Assembly: GCA_964304625.1 (NCBI GenBank)
Contig: OZ199838.1
Location: 900,809 to 964,808 of the forward strand
DNA length: 64,000 nt
Direction of reading: 5' to 3'
DNA from: Kudoa neothunni
Lineage: Eukaryota > Animalia > Cnidaria
Shown: in pieces, positions 14,901-26,520 of the stretch
Layout of the letters: each line of letters begins with the position of its first letter
Position numbering within the stretch: position 1 is the stretch's first letter
The notes under the pieces: model-generated
What the model was told of the DNA's origin: nothing
What the model saw: only the letters and a program-made list of their open reading frames with translations
Database searches by the model: none
Position numbers and translations under genes: made by a program

Positions 14901-17900
14901 TTCAAAATATGGGATAGAGACCCAACAACGGATTCGAAACCATTACCTCAAGGTTCTGAGTTCGAGTGTCACACCGATGTGCTATCTTTCCTCGGCTAGT
15001 GTATCGTATCAGTACAATTCTCAAAAAATAGAATATTAAATGTTTCCGAAAATTTTTATTAGTTTGTAGGTGAAAAAAATTCTAAAATTAGATTTATGAA
15101 ATCAATTCTTTAAAAAAATTTTTGATAATGGAGAAATCGACTTCCGTATTAATAGCCAGTGCCTTTCTCGAATTATCTTTGTTGATATTGACGCGAATAT
15201 TATGTTTATGAGAAAGAGTGCACTATAATTTATGCCGAGCCAAGGGATATTAATTTGAGTAAAAAAATCAGTTTTCGTATATTTTTCTCTATCTATATAT
15301 ATTTTTTCATCTCCCCCAAAAAGTATTACAAAAACATTTTGAGTTGGATTAGAATTCAGTTTTGAATAATTACCGGGCAAAAAAATAACGTTTTAGATAA
15401 CACTTTAAGGAAATTTAAATAATTCAGGAATACAGATAAATATGACGCTGATATTAAATTATTTAGCGTTGGTACCGGATCCTGAAATCGTTAATTGAAC
15501 GTCGAGATTAATACAACCCTGCACAGAACTGATCAGAATTTCAATTTCGTTAATTTCAATCGTTCAAGGTATGATATTTAAAATTTTTTAGTTATACTGT
15601 TTCAATGTTATAATCTAAAACTTCAATGTATTTTTTGAATGTTATTAAGAAATGAATCTGTGGGGAATCTTCCCCTAATACCTCTGGGCAGTTATTTGGT
15701 AGTATATAAAGTTGTAGTGTCCGTGTGTGTGTGTGTGTGCATAAATCTTCTCTTTATACAGGAATATTTTTTAATATTTAAGATTATTTTTTCATATTAA
15801 AAAATACATAAATAACTAGAAATTGTAATGGGGCTTTCTGAATGCTTATAAATGGTGTACTAGTTGTGTAAATATTTTTTATGTAGATTAGCGCTGATAA
15901 TAATATTATTACAACATGTGACATCTAATATAATACAGTGAATAGTGAAGAAAAAAAATTGATTTTCACTATATAAATACAATTATAAATTCTAATTTTA
16001 CTTTTACTTTTTTTATCCCCTGGGCATAGTTAGGAAGACATACAACATTCATTTTTGCGTTAGCGGGAAACTCGCTGTAAACGATGATTTATTGATTTAA
16101 CGAGAGATTAATCCAGGTGGAAAAATTATTTACTTTCCTCGTTTAATTCGAAATAAAGTGCTCATTTTTTTATTTGAATTTAAAATGAAGATAACATATT
16201 TTTACTTTGTACAAAACTGTAAAATAAACTTGAGATCAGTGGGTTAATCGACGAGTTCGTTAATCCGATTATAATTTTCGTTTGATACATTAATCGAGGA
16301 GCCATATGAAAGATAAAAATAATTTTTATTCTTTTAAGTTATACTAAATAAGTACCATCACTCTAAGGAGAAGATAGGTACTTGACATGAGTAAAAGTTT
16401 TGTTTTATTCCAACAAAATAATAATTTTTTACAACTCAACTGAGGATTATATATAGGGATTAATATAGCAATATAAAACTATTTCTTTTTAAATCTAAAT
16501 TAGTCCACTCCCGAGAAAATCTGGGGTTTTCGCGTTAGTTATATATAAGAGAAGAAATGTAAAATCACGTAAAATCGGTTAGTACGGTAAATCTTTTATC
16601 TACTATAATCTATAGTATGGATGAAGCGGACCACAAAGGTTTAATTATGTAGTAATTGATTGTTATTTTAATATTAATTTAATGTAATCAACTCAAGTTA
16701 TCCTTTATTTACTTTAAAAATCCGATTATATTAATATTATAAAAGTTTATGGTTATTTTTAGCCCAAGTCCATTTGGGGGTAGTTGTTTTTTCATCTGTT
16801 ATAGTGTGAATTAAAATTTTATTTTTAAGAAACCTACACACGATATCAGGTAAACGAAGTGTCTATGTCATTAATGTTCATTAAAGATATTTTTTAACTT
16901 ATTAAAATGGAATACCAATTCAGTTTGCATTTTCTTTACAAAATTCATCTGTTTAACCAATCATCTTTATAATTTGATCAACGAAAGATGATGCAATTGC
17001 TGTTTAATCCGTTTTTTCATCATTTAAAATTTAATTGCGTTCTTGAAATTGAATTGTAGGAATATCATAAGTAAAATAATTTAATAACCGCTGATTTCAT
17101 TGTGTTTTTTAGTTTTTATTATAGTCATTTGAGTCATGCACTCATTGAATTTAAAATCTTTATTCGAATTGTATTCGCGTTAATATATTACATTTTATTA
17201 GGTCACACGGGAGTAGTTATTTTTTCTTTATATTGTATATTGTTTGATTAAATATGAGACCTAATTTTCGTTATATAGTTTATAGAATGTGGAATAAACA
17301 CATTTATTTCAGAGATTAGAAATAATATTTTGATCAATTCTGTATTTGATATTCTTTTAACTTTGTCCAAGTAGTCTATAGTTTATATTTTAATGAATCA
17401 AACCTATTTTTTATAACTTGAAACTCATCATATTAATAATTTTCATTGCAGTAATAATATTAATTATTATCCATTAATTTAACAGTTATATTTCATAAAT
17501 GAAATAAACAAACTAATTTAAAATAAATTTTTTAATGAATATACTAATTTAAAAAGAGTTATCATTTCCAATTTATTGTATAGTCTTATAAATTTGTCAT
17601 AAGGGCCGTAAATTAATAGAACCTCAGTGTATAATAATATAAAAAATAATATATTATTTTTCTAATTAAATTTGTTGGAAGAATAATCATTAGGAATTTT
17701 TCAAACTTCACAAAATTAGTAATGTTATCTCTATCGAATTGATTAATTGAATTATTATTTTAACTAACAATTTTTCAAATGTATTAAAATTTATTTAAAT
17801 CTCATTTAAAAAATTTATCAATAGTTATATAAGTGAATATGGTTTTTTTAAAGAATAAGTGTGTCACATATTGAATTCCATAAATAACTTAATTGAATAC

Positions 17901-20900
17901 AATCTATAAAAAAATATACATAATTCTATTCCGTTATATATATGGTTGTTTTCATTGAAAAGTATTATAGTTACTCATCTATATATGTATATATTAATAT
18001 ATTAAAAAATAACATTTGTTAGTTGCTACATATAATCCAACATCATTGTAGACTAATTAGAACCTTAACCAACTGTTAAACCACTTATTCAAAGCACCGT
18101 AATACAACGATTTAAAAAATTATATATAAACTATAACCAAATTGATCTATTATGTTATGTAAAGAAATTATTCAGCATATGTTGTTCATAGTATTATGCT
18201 TAGTCACTACTTGAATTGAAAGCATTAGGCAAAATATCATATAAACACTAATATAATTTTATTTTAAATTTTTTTTATAATTAACATAGTAGGATAATGA
18301 CATTCAAGTGTCATATTTATTTTTTGAACACGATAAATATATTAGTTGTTTAAATTAAATGGTATTATTTTTTATATAATATTTTAACTATTAGAAAATA
18401 AACGACATTGTTATATATTTATATATTTTTGAGATTATTATAATTTTTAGGTTGTAACTGTATGCAGTAATAAATTTCAAACAATTATTTTTGTTAACAA
18501 TTGGAAATATTAGTAATATATGAATTAATTTTGACGTAAACAATTGATTTGGTTTAATATATTACCAATCATTCAAATATTTGAATTATTTTTGTTTTAT
18601 TTAGAATATGTCACGCATAGAATCAAAAAGTTCATCGTTTTTTCATCCATGTTTGACGTACAAAGTCAATTATCAGTTCAATCCTGGATTGTCGTTAACT
18701 TGTGGAATAAACCTGAACCCTCTGCTAATATATAAAGTTTTCGAACTTCGTGGGAACTATAATTTTGCTGAGTGCAATGAATTACTAAAAAATGTGCTTT
18801 TCGAACAAACTGATAAATTTGACGATATATTTTCGCTCGATAAAACTTTCGTTGGATGGTGGAACTTGACTGACGAATTACCAAAACCTACCTCGACTAA
18901 CTTTGTTGTATATATTTAATATTAAAAAAATGCTACATTTTCATAGGTTTACAGCGAATTCATTTCATCAATTAACCTTATTAGTACCTGGATGCTATAT
19001 GAACAAAAATTAAAAGTTATATCAACTTGTAATGAAGTACCTAGTAAAAGGGTATTTCTATTCCCACATAGCAGTATTCCCTAACCAAATAGCTTTCATG
19101 AGTTTACGACTACGTAATCAGTTGTGGAATATTCAGTGGTTAAACAATCTTTCTGAATGAGGTGACAAACCGAGTATTTAGATGCACCGGTTAATCTCTA
19201 TCTGATATGTTTCCTCGTAAATCTAAAACATATTAAAACTAAAATATTTTTATATACACTCATTTAATTTGATGATACATTACAAGTTTTTTTATATTGT
19301 TTTTTATTAAAAATTTTATTGGTTATTAATTGTCAATCATCCGTGTTATATTTGGTTTGAACAAACAAATGACAGTTAATTATTATCCATTAATTTTTAT
19401 ATTTATATTTTTTTAATCGTAATACAGGTTAAATAAATTTAAATTGTTGTGTAGAGAAATAAGTATATTTTTTGCGTCATCAAATATTTTGATATTCATT
19501 ACTGAAAAACTGCTTAAAATAATTTTCAAAATAGATTCATATATACAGATGAACACCGATTATCCGGAAGAAATTTTAAATTCTATTTGGATTTTAATGA
19601 CATTGCACGCCGATAAATGTTCGATTAACCGGAAACCGGAAGAACGATTTAATCATATTTCCGGATAAAAGTAGCACCCATTACAGTTAGACCTTCAAAG
19701 AATTGAGGGTTGACTTCGAGGGTATAGAGATTATCCTCTATTACGACCAGATTAAGTCAATGTATTGTCAAGATTGTGTGATTCGTTCTCAGTGGAATCT
19801 CTATGCTGTTGTTAAATACATAAAAAAATTGTCTCTGTAATTTTAACAAATTTGAAGTCGTCAATTGTTCACTGAATTTTTTTTATTTTATCTGTTGATA
19901 ATGAGATTGTCTATGTTCAATCTTGTGAATTTGAATTTTTAAAACAGAACTTTCAGATTGATTCTATTAAAAATAGAACGAAGCTGTTTTAATTTATCGG
20001 TGGCATCCCTTAGTGTGATTTTTAGTTTATAAATTTTTTCGCGTAGTTTTTTAATGATTAAAAGATATTACAACAATATTTGTTCCAAAATTCAAACATG
20101 AACATTTTTAATTTATTTTATTAAGTTATCTTTTAATTTTTATTCATTAATAATTAAATTAATGTATTCAATTATTGGTTTTAATTAAAATAAACTTTAA
20201 AGTAGAGCAATGGTCACAAATCCAAATATACGATGTTAAGGCAAGAAACCATTGTACAAATGTGATAATAATAATAAGGTAAGCTAATGGGTTCTTATAT
20301 ATCCGCTAATTTAATAAAGAGGGGGTTTCACAGATAGCGGCATATCGGACTCGTGGTAATTACTTTAGAAACCCACGCACAATCTTATAGCCCCAACATA
20401 CGATTTTTAAGCATTTCTAGTTATATAAATTATGAATGTTAATAAGTACAAAGCATTTTTTCATTATTTATCTCAAAAATATTAAAATGATGCAAAACCG
20501 AAAAAATTACATTTATTACTCAGTTATTGAATATAAAGTGAAATATTACGTCATATTTTATAATCTACTTCAATATTTTTGTGTGGATAAATGTTTCAAG
20601 CATTTTCAATTAATATAATTAATTTAATGAGATGTATTATTTATTAAAATGTTTGTAAAAACTTGTAACAACCACAACACGTAGGAATCATGAATTTCCT
20701 ATCAAAATCCTTGATAATCCTCATTTCGACACATGATCATCATCTATTTTTTAAGGCCTAATCACAATTAGATATGTAAAACGTAGCACATATACCATTG
20801 CAATATTTAAAACAAAAATATTTCCAAGCTGTTCATCAATAAATTTTACATTTAAAGCTAAAGTTATGCGTTCAGTTCTTATATCAATTTTCACTTTATC

Positions 20901-23900
20901 TGAACACATGCTTGTATGTATATTACACAAAAATTAATTATCGATTATTTAAATAAATAGGTTACTTCTTGGTGGACGTGTAAAAACAGTCAATATTATG
21001 AATTTTTTTCCTTTAACCCTCTAATGTACTAAAAATCGACTGCACTCCGAAAAATTTTGGGATAAAAATTACCCCACATTTTTATTTCTCCATTCAAACC
21101 ATAAAAAATACTTGATTCCAGAAAATAAAAATAGACATAATTCTATGTGTAGATTCAGCTGTGAAACAACTATGACCAAAGTAGTAATCCTCATAATGCT
21201 ACGAAAATTGTATTCGTTAACATACGAAATGATAATTTTTGATTGAAGCTTAATGTTTGAGTAGATTTCACATTTATATCCTGTAATAAATAATTTAATT
21301 ATTAGTTTCGCAATAAAATAGAATATTTAATGAGAATAAGATTCGCAAATACTCAGAATGAATTTTCCGTAGTAACATTAAAACCTTGAGAATATTGTTC
21401 ATTTGTTTGGTGTGTTGAGTTATGACAACATAGATAATGTTGTACTCTTAGGATTTTAGACTTTATGGATGTTTCATTCGATTAATGGAGAGAGCAATTT
21501 CGCCATATAAACAAAAAATTCTCATAACCAAATCGTCTCACAAGTTTTTCTTTGTAAATAGAACATGAATTTATAAATACTTATTTACATTAAATGGAAA
21601 AAACCACCATAGATCGTCATTACTTATTAAGGGATTATGGATAGATCCCAATTATCAAAATATTCAATCTCTTCAGATTCTTATGATATATCAGTTGTAT
21701 AGTATTAACAGTCATTTTAAATGAATTTTATTAATAGTTTTAATAATTATCGGTGAAATCCATCAATTAAGGCAATGTTAAAAATAAAAAAATGAGTCAC
21801 GTGATCATTAACATAGGTAATAAACCTATAACATCAAATTTAGCCATCAGATAAACCAACAATTTGATTTACAAATTAATTATTAGTTTATCTATCAATT
21901 GGCATGAACTAAATCTGGGTTGATTTAAACCCCAATCATTAATTGAGGTGTAAACTTGATATAATTTTTCTGATTATCTATTTTTAGTCATAATATTTTA
22001 AAATAATAAAGCATTAACTTTTTTTGATGATTATAAAAATCTTGTATCATACGAAGAGCAAATATATCACGTATCCACATTAATTTCTCGTTGTGTTAAT
22101 AATTTACCCCAATTTCAATAGAGCAGTGATTCCCAACCGGGGTTCGAAATGTCAGTGTTAGGAGTTCGAAAGTAGAATCAAAGATACATAAAATAGCTTC
22201 CAAAAACAGGAGAAGAAACCTCATTAGTTCTAAATTTACATTAATTTATATTGGTTGTTTTATGATTGAAGGATAGAAAATGAATATATGGAATTTTTTC
22301 AAAGCGCTTCAGATATATATATATATAAATATACTGAATTCTTAACACAATTCTCATATTAATTGATAATGGGTCCATAGACCCATGAATGTGTCTATAA
22401 GGGCTCGAAGACGCCCAAAAGGTTGGGAACCACTGCATAAGAGGGTTAAATCTCCATATTCATGGTTATTAGATATGTCCACATTTATAATTTATGTGGC
22501 AGGAATTAAAATATTTTACTTATTAAATGGTATAAAATTTCTTTTTAATCACGTAAAGAATCCTTTAACTCTTTGAGCCCCAATGTTGCCAAATGGCAAC
22601 ATTTATATATTGTGAGTGTTTAACCATTTAATTACATTTTTTATATCTATCTCTATTATAATTATAAAGTTAATGTTTATTTGATTTTATAAAAATGAAC
22701 TATAAAAACTTGTATATTTTATATCAAGAACAATACAGAAGAATATAAAACCCTACGAAAAATAAAGACTAAAATTATCAAGCAATTGAGCTTGGAATTT
22801 TGATGTTTGAATCAAATTAAAAAATATACACATACATTATAAAATAATTTTATTCTAAAAATGAATCTAGGAAGAAAAAATGGTTTTATATGTACACTAT
22901 AGGGACAGATTAAACCACGTTGCCATTTGGCAACATTGGGTCCTCAATTTAAGGGTGTTTATACATTTCTGAATGAATTCTGACTTGATCTGGAGGAGGA
23001 ATAATCCGAACAGACTTAAAAATCATATGATTACTAGGTAGGCACAAATCAGACGTCAGACTGGAATCAGATTCCATATCGTATAGTCAATATGATGATA
23101 TATTATCCGAATAGAGTTCTGGTGATGGGGAGTGGGAGTAAGATGACTATCGTTTTACTTAGACAATGAATTTGTAAAATTATATAAATAATGATATTGA
23201 AACAACTGATATTTTTTAACAAGTTGAAGGCATTATATTTGAATGTTTCACTTGCTTCAAACGATTCTTCAATGATAGATTATTTGATCATATTTGCATT
23301 AAGTTTAATGTTCATTTGTGCCCTTATAACAACAGAACCTGTTATAAGGATTATGAACATTGTAATAAATAATTTAATATTTCATTTCTGATTTAGTAAA
23401 GGTACATTTTTTGGTTAATAACAAAGTAACATAAGAATTTGCACATGTGCACTCCCACACATTGAAATAAGCCGAGTCCCAAAGCTGTTATTTGGCACCA
23501 TGGATGCATCTTTTTAATTTTCGAAATTGGTACTTCACTTTTAGTATATTTTAAATAAAGTTATTTAAAATTTAACAGAAAGAGAAAAAACATTTTTTCA
23601 ATCACTGAATTAAATTCGGGGTTCAAAGGGTTAAGTAGAAGTTAAAAAAAACTTGCGCGTACAATGCACTTTTTAGATTCGATTAACCCAGACCTCGATA
23701 TCCGGAAAGAATATTACCGGTCCCAAATTATCCGGATAATCTAGGTTTGACTATAAAAATAATTATACATTATACTACAGCCTTTTAATTATATTATAAA
23801 GATTTATTAGAAATTTTACATAAATTACTTTTTTTGATGCATTTTACGTATATAACGATCATAAAGAAACATTCTTTTGATGTGTGTGCTTTCGGGAGTC

Positions 23901-24608
23901 AATTAAATCAAAAAAATAAAAAAATTTCTAAATACTTTAAAAAAATAAATAGCTTTATGTGGTTTGGGTTTTCTGTCAAACAAAATGAAGTTTATAATCT
24001 TTTTAAGGATATACCTTCTTTTGATATGTGTTTTAAAAGTCATTACAGCTTGGTGATATATGAAAGGTTGTTGGAAATTTATAGTTTCATGGCGAATGTC
24101 TATGTAAGTTATAAATAAAAAAATTAATTATAAATGAAAATTAGAAAGAAAGTTTCCCATGGATATTAGGTGCAATTAAATTAGAGGAAAAGAAAATAAT
24201 CAGTGAATAAAGTAATTTATATCTAATTTATAATAATGTTTAGCGACTATTCCGGAAACGCCGACTACCACAACCACTACAGAAACTTATGCTCCCACAG
24301 AAGTCACTACCATTACCACCACTCCGACATTTGATATAATCGAAGGTATGTTCCCACCAAGATTAATGCTATCGGTAACACCATCAGTCGTTGCACCATT
24401 GAATAAATTTGCTTTGGTATTCCAAAGTACATATATTTAGTGGGGCTTTATTAATGAATTTTATCTAGTATTAATGATAATTATTGTTTTCATTACTTGT
24501 GTACTGTTCCCGTTCACCTTCTACACAATTTGTAGAAAGTATTACAAATACAGAAATAGACATGGAACCATTCTACGCGAGGAGCGCCTAAAAGCCACAA
24601 TATATTAA
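2957..24608 (+). CDS. Gene A: 11-exon type I membrane protein with divergent GDA1/CD39 (NTPDase/apyrase)-like ectodomain, Thr-rich stalk and C-terminal TM (~534 aa)
   Basis: Manually spliced GT-AG exons: 2957-3037, 3077-3215, 3255-3393, 3727-3886, 3942-4142, 18605-18907, 18947-19051, 24008-24103, 24145-24202, 24244-24426, 24469-24608. All are phase-compatible with no internal stop, and exon sizes and phases match paralog B. Features: signal peptide MKMLVFIIGIELVCFMFSNVNC; CD39-like segments MFVVSAPCMG, FHPCL, FELRGNYNFAECNELLKNVLF, MCF, PWILG; TM ILMIIIVFITCVLFPFTFYTIC. Confidence 0.8.
4730..5940 (-). pseudogene. Possible antisense nested multi-exon pseudogene with N-terminal hydrophobic anchor
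   Basis: Minus-strand segments KNIVIFSIFVILATIF | LITTEEVRF...KY*TDVII...CDVRILTGDANRL | ELLLLIQPKDYWYQD, joined by plausible GT-AG introns. Contains an in-frame stop and lacks a clean start. Confidence 0.35.
9631..10900 (+). pseudogene. Decayed intronless ORF of unknown family (copy 1), nested in intron 5 of gene A
   Basis: Colinear with 44547-45843 from ATGAGGA to ...PAK*. Synonymous-biased differences (LALLKYVLELIKLNLYSAFITDIFG vs IAMLKFVPELMKLNLYSKFIKDIFG). Many stops and frameshifts. Confidence 0.6.
11750..12600 (-). mobile_element. Possible highly decayed non-LTR reverse transcriptase fragment
   Basis: Minus-strand remnants resembling RT motifs in the expected order (KFDKAY...PH for DxxKAYDSVPH; INHNMSDNL for H..YxDD). 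Heavily disrupted. Confidence 0.3.
12750..14050 (+). mobile_element. Decayed MULE transposase inside intron 5 of gene A
   Basis: Plus-strand fragments LMVDVTYKLLDSR, LFISVAEDSNE, CILYGETQETLKW, PNSKLMTC resemble the MULE DxTYK / C..H region. Boundaries approximate. Confidence 0.55.
14653..14997 (-). mobile_element. tRNA-derived SINE-like element (family 2) sharing its 3' tail with family 1
   Basis: Minus-strand head agccgaggaaagatagcacatcggt...ggtttcgaatcc. 14653-14765 aligns with 1366-1480 (aggcacc...tttatgcggtaatgtgggact...gcgaccaccatccc), but the body differs. Confidence 0.6.
21013..22449 (-). mobile_element. piggyBac-type element with decayed transposase fragments, inside intron 7 of gene A
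   Basis: TTAA-CCCTCT...AGAGGG-TTAA termini. Minus-strand remnants DFTDN and KLVRRFGYE resemble the piggyBac HFxDN and KPxRFGYK motifs. Confidence 0.65.
22124..22435. mobile_element. hAT (Charlie-like) MITE nested in the right end of the piggyBac-type element
   Basis: TIRs cagtgattcccaacc / ggttgggaaccactg. Degenerate 8-bp TSD caatagag / cataagag. Confidence 0.8.
22565..23634. mobile_element. Non-autonomous piggyBac-type element
   Basis: Termini ttaactctttgagcccc / ggggttcaaagggttaa. Internal inverted repeat cccaatgttgccaaatggcaac (~22579) / gttgccatttggcaacattggg (~22919-22940). Confidence 0.7.
23675..23755. repeat. Tigger/pogo-like MITE remnant (tccggataa/cgattaacc subrepeats)
   Basis: Ends in ...attatccggataatctaggtttgacta, the reverse complement of a cagtcaaacctcg-type TIR. 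Similar motif clusters at about 770-912, 16240-16300 and 19555-19670. Confidence 0.45.
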
Positions 24609-25554
24609 TATAGTATTGCATTTCTTTTGGGACTGATTGATTGACCAAATTTTGTTTTTTTTCGGTAAATCAATTCAAATTATCTTTTGAAAATTTAAAC
24701 TATTTTTCTTAATATCCGAAGAATTATAATATGTACAATAAATACAGAATAGATTGGATTTTACCATATTCTTTATTGTATTACGATCGAACAAACATAA
24801 TAAGGAACATGAGAAGGAATTATTAAACAGCTAATTTATGTAAACTCTTTCTTTCCACAATTGTTCTTTCGTATCGAGAATTTTTTAAATCCAACTAATT
24901 TTAGAATTATGTTTAAATATAATATTATTTTTTAAAAATAAATAATTTTAAGTCTCTTTTCAGCTGTCTGCTAAAGTGAACAATGAAACGAAAAGATTAA
25001 AATATTTATGTGTATGATTAGATTATACACTAAAATAAGCTGGGGTCCGTGATAAGTCCATTGAACATATTAGGGATCCGCAAGAGAAAGAAGTTAATAA
25101 CAACTAATTTACAAGCTCACTGTTTTATCAAATTATTTGCTATATCAATTTAATTATAATTTAAATCAAAATTATTATTTCTATACATATTGATTCTTCA
25201 ACATCAACTTTAACATTATAAATACTTTCAATTGATACACTCAAATTCTCATCTTTTTAAAAAAAAACATATTCACAATTCCTTAAACATTACAGACTTT
25301 ATTACGTAGAATTCCCAACATTCTTCAACATTTTATTATTGTATCAGAGGAAACGTCTTCGGCCTTTTTTTTAATGGGAGCATGCATTTCAACAATGGAT
25401 ACATTGAATTCATCAGGACATTCAGAAAGAGATAGTAATGTTCACACAAAATATATATGTATTGAGATTATAGACTATGCAAAAATGCCAAATTTAATTT
25501 CTACTATGAACTCGTTGAATTTAAAGTAAAAATAATGATTTGATGAATTCTAGG

Positions 25555-26520
25555 AGCCTGGATAATATGGTATAGTGGTGTTAGGACGAGATCACACACC
25601 GTAAGTTTGTGTATTCGAGATCTAGTCGGGGCATTCCTGTACTCCTAATCGGAAATTAAGCAAAAAGGCTGTAGTAATCGCACAGATCATCGATTTATCT
25701 TGGTGTTGCTTGCAGCTGAGAGAGGTGGCCTAACGGGAGTGTAAAACTCGGGGCCCATAAACGCCGAAGTATAGGAACGAAATAAAATCCAGTTGGGATG
25801 TGTTTTCCAGCCTCGTTTCTGTTGCCCATCTCTTTGTCTAGAAAAAAGTTCCGTGCCCCTCCTTTTTCCAAAGTATTGGTTTTTTTAACTTAAACTGTTT
25901 ATTATATTGAATAAAACACCTTATCAAGTTAAAATCTGAAAGCAATTAATATATACTTCTTTTTCATTAAAATGTATTCGATTAGATATAACATAATTTA
26001 TCGATGGACCTTAAAAATATACCACTTTGGTTTTTTTTGTTAAAAGAGCGTCAAATGAAACTCGTAGTAATCCAACCTTCATTAGGAAAGACTTCCGTGA
26101 ATTCGAAACTAATAAACAGGAAATAAATAGTATGAATGCAAAATTAATCAACATTAAATCAGGTTTAATCAAAAAAGGATTAAAAGGTTCTATATGAATC
26201 AAGGATAAGATCAAATCATTCTGATTCTGTTCGGGTAATGGACACGTTAAATATTCATAATAATTTTTATGTAGAGAGTAATTTCTTTTGATGTTTTTAT
26301 GATGTTAATCATCAATTAATAACATGCGATTTTGACTTCAAAGTACATCATAATGCCCAATTATCTCACCATCATAATGTAACAACAATACTCAGAATTT
26401 TACAACCCCCATCCTGGCAAACGTGCAGTAGGGGGTTTCCTTAGAGCCAACTGCCGCATCCAAACGACTTTCCCAGACTAATTCTGGATTGTTCCACGAT
26501 ATGGTTGTGGCGGTGGTCAG
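25555..26520 (+). mobile_element. SINE-like family 1 copy split by a ~630-bp insertion
   Basis: 25555-25797 and 26426-26520 match the reverse complement of 1470-1790. The insertion is flanked by cagttggg / cagtaggg. Confidence 0.7.
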
